Shown: positions 57,050 through 64,000 of the stretch, in pieces | Layout: each line of letters starts with the position of its first letter | Position numbering within the stretch: the first letter of the stretch is position 1 | Assembly: GCA_963668625.2 (NCBI GenBank) | Contig: CAXXKA010000008.1 | Coordinates: forward strand, 1,088,001 to 1,152,000 | DNA length: 64,000 nucleotides | Reading direction: 5' to 3' | DNA from: an uncultured candidate division Zixibacteria bacterium | Lineage (GTDB): Bacteria; Zixibacteria; MSB-5A5; UBA10806; 4484-95 | Notes under the pieces: generated by a model | The model's input: only the letters and a program-made list of their open reading frames with translations | Told to the model about the DNA's origin: nothing | The model's database searches: none | Position numbers and translations under genes: made by a program

Positions 57050-57432
57050 GAAAAGTGAAAGATAATGGAGTGTGTGGTATTATATAAGTGTGATCTAAAA
57101 TGCCGATACTAAGCGGGTAAACATAATGGCATTGATAGCATTCTTTTATTTTATAGCCTTTTAAGTTGGTTACGATTGAGGCGCGCCTGCCGGGCAGCCA
57201 TCCGGGCGAAGCGTGCATTTTTCAGGGCAGGCCGGGTATTCGGCCAGGGGATCGTTTTCCGGTTCTATATCAGCAAGTATCGCGCCGAGTTGAATCATAT
57301 TGCCGTATTTGTCATTTATCAGCAGCGTATTTTTTCCGAGTTTGCCAGGACCGGCTAAGCAGCCGGCGTAACGGAGAGAAAGTATTCCCGACGACTTGCA
57401 ACAAAAGAGGAGGATAGTAGTATCTGAACTGA

Positions 57433-58425
57433 TCAGATATGGAATTCGATTATATCTTTATCGGATAAAACGAAGCTGTTTTTCACCCGTTGTCCCTCGT
57501 GTTTGCCATCCCCCCAGACCTTGGCGAACTGCATCTTGTGAGCGAAATCCTTATGCAGGGAAAAAGCGGCTTCCTCGACAGTACCTCCTATGGGCAGTAT
57601 TATCGGGTCGACAAACTCCGGGTCGTGGCCGACTTTCTTGGTATATACTCGTATGATGCCCAGCGAATCGAATATAGTACTTTGGAACGCTATGATCGAA
57701 TCATCATCCAGAATCGAGGTCGGGATGATAGTGAAATCGGAGTAGAGCCGTTTAAGTTTCTCCAGCCCCGGTAGCCCGTCATCCATATATTTATGCCCGG
57801 CTATGAGTGTTTTCTTGTAAGCGAACCGGGGGTCATCGGTCTCCTCGGGGGGCTTGGAGGTCAGGATAATTCGTTTTTCCTCCAGACGGTCAAACATCGT
57901 TTTTAACCTTACCTCGAATCCCGGCGTGGAGACATCAACGACCACCACGATTATATCGCCCTCGCGTAGCAGGCTGGGCATGAACGTATCGAATAGTTCC
58001 TCCGATATCGGCGGGGTATCGATAAGCTGGTACTGTACGGTATCGTACAGCATCATACCGGCCAGCGGTTTGGTGGTGGAGTAGGGATAGTCGGCGATCA
58101 TCGGCTCGGCGTTGGTCAGGTAATCTAACATGGTTGATTTGCCTGAGTTCGGCGGACCGATTAGTAATATTTGCGCCGCGCCCTCTTTATCGATATGCGA
58201 GAACGGGTCGACCTGGCGGGCGCCGTGCTTTTTACCGCCGCCTTGTATTTGCTTATTCAGCGCGGATATTTTGGCTTTCATCTCCGCCTGAAGTTTATCC
58301 GTGCCCTTGTGTTTGGGCATCAGGGCAAAAAGCTCTTTAGCCAGGCGAAGTTTCTCGCGCGGATCGGATTCCTTTTTGAACTCGCGTTCGAGCTCGTAAT
58401 AATGAGGGGGTAAATTCGCGGGCAT
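57433..58425 (-). CDS. DRG-like OBG-family GTPase with C-terminal TGS domain
   Basis: MPANLPP...PKHKGTDKL, GPPNSGKS, ADYPYST, DTPP, IRVYTK, HKDF..AKVWG..GQRV...L.DKDIIE. Confidence 0.9.
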   Translation of the reverse strand: MPANLPPHYYELEREFKKESDPREKLRLAKELFALMPKHKGTDKLQAEMKAKISALNKQIQGGGKKHGARQVDPFSHIDKEGAAQILLIGPPNSGKSTMLDYLTNAEPMIADYPYSTTKPLAGMMLYDTVQYQLIDTPPISEELFDTFMPSLLREGDIIVVVVDVSTPGFEVRLKTMFDRLEEKRIILTSKPPEETDDPRFAYKKTLIAGHKYMDDGLPGLEKLKRLYSDFTIIPTSILDDDSIIAFQSTIFDSLGIIRVYTKKVGHDPEFVDPIILPIGGTVEEAAFSLHKDFAHKMQFAKVWGDGKHEGQRVKNSFVLSDKDIIEFHI

Positions 58426-58788
58426 AAGATCACCTCCTGCTATAAATATATGGATGGTGAATTGTTAGATCAAGGGAAAAGGCCAATCCCGAATCACCGG
58501 TTCCTGAGATTATCACTACTTCGCAAAACGTGTAAGAGGGAAGTTCTTTAGCAAATCATACCGATGTATAAGTGCTGTTATACCAGGGTGTATCCTGGAT
58601 ATCTCCGGTTGAGTAGAACCGTGGCTCGATCACGTTGTATTTATCGCAACTTGTAATAGCTAATAATACAGGCTTATTCCCGTGAGGATGTAAATCTTTG
58701 ATTTATCCATATTTTAATAGATCTCCACGTTTGAGTTAAGATACGAGCAATTGACCGATTGGTCAACGGTATTTAATCCTGAATATCT

Positions 58789-59799
58789 TTGCAGTTGACT
58801 TTTAACATAAAATCCGTATCTATAAACGTGTTTAGTCTCATAACAAGCAAATCGAAAAGCATCTTATGCGCATTCAGCCTGTTTATTATAATCATGCTGT
58901 CAATACCTATGTTATCGTATGCCGATGAGGTCGGTGTCACCTCGGATACGCTTATTGATGAGAGCGCCACAGACACTACTGTTGCGATGATCGAGCAGCC
59001 TGTCGAAAATGAAGCGCAGGTTTCTGCCGTAAGATGGGATCGCTTGAACGCGCTGATATTTATGATGCTGTTCTCTGTGGTGATTTTAATCTACACCAAA
59101 TGGGCCAGGCAGGGTAAGAACCTATTTATCCGTAAGATAAACGGCCTGGATGAAGTCGAGGAGGCAGTCGGCCGGGCTACCGAGATGGGTAAACCGGTGC
59201 TGTTCATCCCCGGCCTTCAGGAGCTTGATGAGATAGAGACTATTGCCGGGGTTTCCATACTCGGGCGAGTGGCTCGTATTACAGCCCGTTACGGCACGCC
59301 GCTTCTGGTGCCTGTCAGGTATCCGCTGGTGCTGGCGGCCGGACAGGAGGTGGTAGAGCAGGCTTACAACGAGGAAGGCAATCCCGAGGGGTACAACCGC
59401 GACATGGTGCGTTACGTAGCCGGTGAGCAGTTCGCTTTTACGGCCACCGTTAACGGTATCATGATGAGGGAGCGTCCGGCCACCAATATCTACATGGGCG
59501 CGTTTTTCGCCGAATCGTTGCTTCTGGCCGAAACCGGCAACGCCGCCGGTTCGATACAGATAGCCGGTACGGCGCAGCCCTCGCAGTTGCCGTTTTTCGT
59601 AGCCGCCTGCGATTACACCCTGATGGGCGAGGAGCTATACGCCGCCAGCGCATATCTTTCGCATGAACCTTTGCTTCTTGGCGGACTTAAAGGCCAGGAC
59701 TGGATGAAGATAGTACTCGTGATTTTGATTATAGTAGGTATCGTACTCGTAAGTATGGGGTACGGCGAAACATTCTTGAGTTTGTTCGATAGCGTATGA
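58789..59799 (+). CDS. DUF6754-like membrane protein (start uncertain)
   Basis: IRKINGLDEVEEAVGRATEMGKP, FFAESLLLAE, QIAGT..QLPFF..CDY.LMGEELYAASAYLS. Confidence 0.75.
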   Translation: MQLTFNIKSVSINVFSLITSKSKSILCAFSLFIIIMLSIPMLSYADEVGVTSDTLIDESATDTTVAMIEQPVENEAQVSAVRWDRLNALIFMMLFSVVILIYTKWARQGKNLFIRKINGLDEVEEAVGRATEMGKPVLFIPGLQELDEIETIAGVSILGRVARITARYGTPLLVPVRYPLVLAAGQEVVEQAYNEEGNPEGYNRDMVRYVAGEQFAFTATVNGIMMRERPATNIYMGAFFAESLLLAETGNAAGSIQIAGTAQPSQLPFFVAACDYTLMGEELYAASAYLSHEPLLLGGLKGQDWMKIVLVILIIVGIVLVSMGYGETFLSLFDSV

Positions 59800-60455
59800 A
59801 AACTACTGTTCCCGTAATAATAGCGTTTCTCTCGGGTTTCGCGATGATAATCTCGTTTTTTTTCAATCCCGAAACCAGCTTTATCGGTAATCTGGAACCA
59901 GAGGTTTTAAGCTGGGTGACAATTGTCGGTGGTTTTACTTTGCTGCTGGGTGTGGTCTCCATCGTGAGAGTTAACTACACCGCCGTGAAACGTAGAAACG
60001 AGGGCTGGGGTTACAAACTTGCGACACTGATCTCGGTGTTCGTGATGGCCATTCCGGCGATTATCCCCTCGAGTGTTTCGCCGCTTTTCGGCACCAGAGT
60101 CGGCTCGATATACGACTGGTTGTTCAACTATCTCGATGCTCCCATGATGTCTACCATGTTTGCCATGCTTGCGTTTTATATCGCCTCGGCCGCTTTTCGG
60201 GCGTTCAGGGCGCGCAATACCGAGGCTACGCTGCTTCTGGTTACTGCGGTTATCGTAATGCTGTGGCGAATTCCCATGGGCGAGATAGCTCTTAAATCGA
60301 TTCATGAAAGCCTACCCTCGCTGATTAATATCTACATTATGAACGGTATCAACATGGCGGTGCAGCGCGGAATCATTATCGGCGCGGCCCTGGGTGCGGC
60401 AGCGATGTCGCTTCGAATATTACTTGGCATAGAACGCACGTATATGGGGAAATAG
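59796..60455 (+). CDS. hypothetical polytopic membrane protein
   Basis: ~6 TMs; STMFAMLAFYIASAAFRAFRARN.EA; RGIIIGAALG...LRILLGIER; ATGA overlap with upstream gene. Confidence 0.8.
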   Translation: MKTTVPVIIAFLSGFAMIISFFFNPETSFIGNLEPEVLSWVTIVGGFTLLLGVVSIVRVNYTAVKRRNEGWGYKLATLISVFVMAIPAIIPSSVSPLFGTRVGSIYDWLFNYLDAPMMSTMFAMLAFYIASAAFRAFRARNTEATLLLVTAVIVMLWRIPMGEIALKSIHESLPSLINIYIMNGINMAVQRGIIIGAALGAAAMSLRILLGIERTYMGK

Positions 60456-61340
60456 ATGATCTGGCTCGTTCTGGCATATTCGTTACTTGTTCTCGCGGGA
60501 GTGTTTTTACTGTATATGACATTCCGAACGGGAGACCGTCGCTATATATATCTTTCGGTTGCGTTCTACGTGATATTCCCCGTGATACTGACACTCGACC
60601 TTCCCACCGAGATATCGCCGGAGGTGCAGCAGCTTTACGATGCTGTCGAGGCGCTGCCGGATTCCTCCACGGTCATGCTTACTTTCGATTACTATCCCTC
60701 GACATTGGCCGAGACCGAACCGATGTCTCGGGCCGCTTTACATCATTTGTTCAGAAAACACTGCAAAGTTGTGACCGTTACCACTATACCGCTGGGTGGC
60801 CCCTCGATTGCCGAAAGGGTAACCCGTGAACTGGCGGATCAATACGGCAAAGTTTACGGTCTCGATTTCGTGAATTTAGGTTATAAGGCCAATTACGTGG
60901 CGGTGCTCAAAGGCATGGGCACCTCGATAGAGTCGATTTATCCTACCGATAATTCTGGTACCCTGCTACGAGATATTCCGATGATGGATGATATAAAAAA
61001 TTACGATGATATCGATTTCATTTACGTAGTCGCGGATAACGGTATAGTTGATTACTGGATGTCTATCGTGAACGCCCAGTACGAGATTGAGGTGGGCTCG
61101 GGCGTGACCGCGGTTATGGCGCCGAAATTTTTCGCCTATATCAACTCGGGTCAGATGACCGGTATGCTGGGTGGTATGAAAGGCGCCTCCGACTACGAGA
61201 AGCTGGTGGATAAACCGGCGCTGGCTACCAAAGGTATGGCGGCTCAATCGTTGGTGCACCTGTTTATTATCTTCTCGGTTATCGCCGGTAACGTGATATT
61301 TTTCACCGGCGGCAGGAAGAAAATGAGGACTATTAACTGA
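60456..61340 (+). CDS. hypothetical membrane protein with soluble alpha/beta domain
   Basis: N- and C-terminal TMs; YGLDFVNLGY, SGQMTGMLGGMKGASDYE, AQSLVH. Confidence 0.8.
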   Translation: MIWLVLAYSLLVLAGVFLLYMTFRTGDRRYIYLSVAFYVIFPVILTLDLPTEISPEVQQLYDAVEALPDSSTVMLTFDYYPSTLAETEPMSRAALHHLFRKHCKVVTVTTIPLGGPSIAERVTRELADQYGKVYGLDFVNLGYKANYVAVLKGMGTSIESIYPTDNSGTLLRDIPMMDDIKNYDDIDFIYVVADNGIVDYWMSIVNAQYEIEVGSGVTAVMAPKFFAYINSGQMTGMLGGMKGASDYEKLVDKPALATKGMAAQSLVHLFIIFSVIAGNVIFFTGGRKKMRTIN

Positions 61341-61981
61341 TGGCGATCGTTGATTTCTTACAGATCTGGATTATCGCGTTTTTCACGCTTTCGCTGTTTT
61401 CGTTTTTGTATAAAGACAACGCGTTGTACAAATTCGCCGAACATATTTTCGCCGGTCTTTCGGCAGGTTACTATGTCGGCCTGATCTGGGAGTCGGTCAT
61501 CGTACAGCAGATGTACGAGCCGATGGTTCACAACGGCAAGTGGTGGCTTATATTCCCGGGCTTTTTGGGTTTGCTGATGTTTTCCCGGTTTACCAAAGGC
61601 TACCCCTGGGTGAGCCGTATCTCTCTGGCGTTCGTGATGGGAAACACGGCCGGGATATTCCTGCTTTCCGAGCTTCATGGAAAAGTGCTGCCGCAAATAC
61701 AATCGACTATGCTTTCGCTGAATTTCAACCAGGGATTCGGTGGCTGGTTATTCGCATTCATCGTTATCGTCGGTGTGATCTCCACGCTCATATTTTTCTA
61801 TTTCAGCAAAGAGCATAAAGGCGTGCTCGGGGGAGTTGCCAAAACCGGAATCTGGTTTATCATGATATCGTTCGGAGCGCATTTCGGCTATACCGTGATG
61901 GCGCGTATCTCACTTTTGATCGGCCGCGTACAATTTCTCATCGATGACTGGCTGGGCAGTATTTTTAATCTTTTCACATGA
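61340..61981 (+). CDS. hypothetical polytopic membrane protein
   Basis: SFLYKDN..YKFAEHIFAG.SAGY; FYFS; MISFGAHFGYTVMARISLLIGR; TGATG overlap. Confidence 0.8.
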   Translation: MAIVDFLQIWIIAFFTLSLFSFLYKDNALYKFAEHIFAGLSAGYYVGLIWESVIVQQMYEPMVHNGKWWLIFPGFLGLLMFSRFTKGYPWVSRISLAFVMGNTAGIFLLSELHGKVLPQIQSTMLSLNFNQGFGGWLFAFIVIVGVISTLIFFYFSKEHKGVLGGVAKTGIWFIMISFGAHFGYTVMARISLLIGRVQFLIDDWLGSIFNLFT

Positions 61982-62106
61982 GATTTTATTTATCCAACTA
62001 AATTATTCATAAAGATTATCGTTCCTGCTATGGGTTTTCTGCCCGTGCTGTGATGGTCTCTTTTCCCCGCTACGAAGCGGTGGTATTGATGCAAACCTAA
62101 AAAGCA

Positions 62107-62192
62107 TTTACTACGAGTGGAGCGAAATAATCTGTCTATTCGGTGGTAATAACTCGTGGATTGCTTCGTCGATTTCGGCTCCCCGCAATGGC
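62107..62192. repeat. degenerate GTCATTGCGAG..GCAATC / GATTGC..CGCAATGAC-type extragenic palindrome pair
   Basis: TTACTACGAGTGGAGCGAAATAATCT and GATTGCTTCGTCG..CTCCCCGCAATGGC arranged as an inverted pair. Confidence 0.5.
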
Positions 62193-62414
62193 GCCGTAGG
62201 GGGCTTTCACTAAAATCCCGGCGCTTAGGACCCGGATAGTAGGCAGCGTTTCGGAACCGGATAGTTTGTTATTCATCTGAACTAGAGGTTGGCCCCGCAT
62301 ATTTATACCTCGATCAAATAAATTTTAAAGCTTGTTTTCCGATAGAAACTCGTATAATATTTTACCTGTGTGTTGGATAATTAATGTCTCTAAATATCAG
62401 GGAGAGGATAATCC

Positions 62415-64000
62415 ATGAAAAAAGTATTGATCATTGTTGGGATAATAATTGCCTTATTGATAATACTATTGTTTGTAGGGCCTATAATATTCAAACCTCA
62501 AATAGTCAAACTGGTGAAAGACCAGGCCGGCGAGCAAATGAACGCCAGCCTCGATTTCGAAGATGTCGGGATAAGCCTGTTCAAGAATTTCCCAAAACTT
62601 ACCGCTACGGTGGAAAAGCTGACTGTCATAAACAAAGCTCCGTTCGAAGGCGATACCCTGGTCTATCTACACGAATTCCAGGCCACGCTCGATTTGATGA
62701 GCCTGATCGGCGGGAATATCGAGATCCTCTCCATCCAGTTGATCGAGCCGCGTATAAATCTGGTGATGCTACCCGATAGCAGCGCCAACTGGGATATCGT
62801 ACCGCCCGATACAGCCGCGGTCCCGGCAGAGAAGGAGGAGGCGACTGCGTTTAGTATGGCCATACAACAGTACGAGATCAGCAACGCCTCTATCACCTAT
62901 ACTGATCAGTTGAACGACATGCAGGCTGATGTCAAAGGCTTGACACATGTCGGACAGGGTGATTTCAATCAAGCCATGTTCACCTTGACCACCAACACGC
63001 TAATAACAGGTGTTACGGTCAAGATGGCGGGAGTGCCGTATTTGAACGAGGCGGAAATCGATATCAAAGCAAATATCGAGATGGATATGGAAAACCTGAA
63101 GTATACGTTCAAGGAGAACGAGATCAGGCTAAATCAGCTTTTCCTCAATTTCGATGGCTGGGTAGCTACGCCGAACGAAAACGATATCGAAATGGATATA
63201 AATTTCGCCGCCAAGAAAGCCGAGTTCAAGAATATACTCTCTATGGTTCCGATGATATACATGAAAGATTTCGGCGAACTCGAGGCCGACGGCCAACTGG
63301 CTTTGCGGGGTAATATAAAAGGTAAATTCAACGAGCAGGTTTTCCCCTCGTTCGATATTAATTTGGGCGTGCAAAACGGACGATTCCAGTATCCCGAGCT
63401 GCCGACGCCGGTCGAGAACGTGTCTGTCAGTTTGAATATCAAGAATCCTAAAAACAACCTTGATGATACTATCGTGGATTTGAAGAAATTTCATCTGACC
63501 ATATTAAACGAGCCTATCGATTTCAAACTGATGGTGAAAACACCTATCTCCGATCCTTACATCGACGCTAATTTCACGGGCAAGGTCAATTTGGCCGAGG
63601 CAAAAAACGTGATGCCATTGGAACAGGAGATGGAGCTAAACGGAACTATCAATACCAATTTCCGTTTCCAGGGGCATATGTCCGATATCGAAGCGCGTCG
63701 CACCAATAAGCTTACGGCCACGGGCAGTATCGTTATATCGGATGTCAAATACTCAGCCGCCGATTTGCCGGTGCCGGTTGAGGTGCAGACCGTCGACCTG
63801 ACGATCACGCCGGCCAATGCCTCATTGAACAAATGTAAAGTTAAACTCGGTGATAGCGATATCTCCGCGCGAGGCGGACTGGATAATATCGTAGGCTTCG
63901 TCTTAAGCGATCAAACACTGAAAGGCACACTGAATGTCGATTCGAAATATCTAGATTTGAGCCCGTTTATGGTGGAGGATTCATCGGCAATGGCTGAAGC
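62415..64000 (+). CDS. AsmA-family protein (runs off window end)
   Basis: GGAGAGG RBS; MKKVLIIVGIIIALLIILLFVGPIIFKPQI...SLFKNFPKLT...DTLVY...LDLMSL...ANWDI; beta-rich frame with no stop seen to the window end. Confidence 0.85.
   Translation, partial: MKKVLIIVGIIIALLIILLFVGPIIFKPQIVKLVKDQAGEQMNASLDFEDVGISLFKNFPKLTATVEKLTVINKAPFEGDTLVYLHEFQATLDLMSLIGGNIEILSIQLIEPRINLVMLPDSSANWDIVPPDTAAVPAEKEEATAFSMAIQQYEISNASITYTDQLNDMQADVKGLTHVGQGDFNQAMFTLTTNTLITGVTVKMAGVPYLNEAEIDIKANIEMDMENLKYTFKENEIRLNQLFLNFDGWVATPNENDIEMDINFAAKKAEFKNILSMVPMIYMKDFGELEADGQLALRGNIKGKFNEQVFPSFDINLGVQNGRFQYPELPTPVENVSVSLNIKNPKNNLDDTIVDLKKFHLTILNEPIDFKLMVKTPISDPYIDANFTGKVNLAEAKNVMPLEQEMELNGTINTNFRFQGHMSDIEARRTNKLTATGSIVISDVKYSAADLPVPVEVQTVDLTITPANASLNKCKVKLGDSDISARGGLDNIVGFVLSDQTLKGTLNVDSKYLDLSPFMVEDSSAMAE

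Noticed and set aside
56991-57218. 75-aa N-terminal extension of the YggN-like ORF given in the track
   Set aside because: The RBS, signal peptide and ECF-type promoter all point to ATG 56990.
57180-57370. GC-rich intergenic hairpins (GGCCGG..TCGGCC, CCGGCT..AGCCGG)
   Set aside because: Short stems with no SRP, 6S, tmRNA or tRNA signature; probably 3' structures of the GTPase transcript.
62384-62779. 131-aa plus-strand ORF in the track
   Set aside because: Alternate frame of the AsmA-family gene starting at 62415, which the track missed because it has no stop inside the window.

Overview
Gene-dense 64 kb window from a diderm bacterium (TonB/ExbBD, TolC, AsmA, type IV pilus PilT). The Na+-pumping acyl-CoA decarboxylase, NifS-SelD fusion and TldD/PmbA suggest an anaerobe, possibly an uncultured FCB-group lineage such as Zixibacteria (inference only). 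Most of it is housekeeping, envelope and signalling genes; I saw no rRNA, tRNA or CRISPR array. The main accessory element is a 2.66 kb cargo-carrying IS1-family element (12668-15327) bounded by a near-perfect 9-bp target duplication. Besides the transposase it holds a wHTH gene, two promoter-driven ~65-75 nt antisense RNAs, a possible 30-aa RPPPP peptide, a ~400 nt structured non-coding region, an uncalled 55-aa Zn-ligand protein and a small TYW3-like gene needing a -1 shift. Other highlights: a chlI/chlD-like gene split at an A9G slippery site; a 20-aa RPG leader peptide and attenuator ahead of an rsgA-kinase-GNAT-GNAT operon; four matching ECF-type promoters; a structured leader ahead of an uncharacterised protein; a nifS-selD / stand-alone ThrRS editing domain / sirtuin operon; and a coupled four-gene membrane cluster of unknown function. 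The RND pump gene carries ~15 single-base insertions that look like sequencing error. All family assignments are from motif recognition by eye, not database searches.
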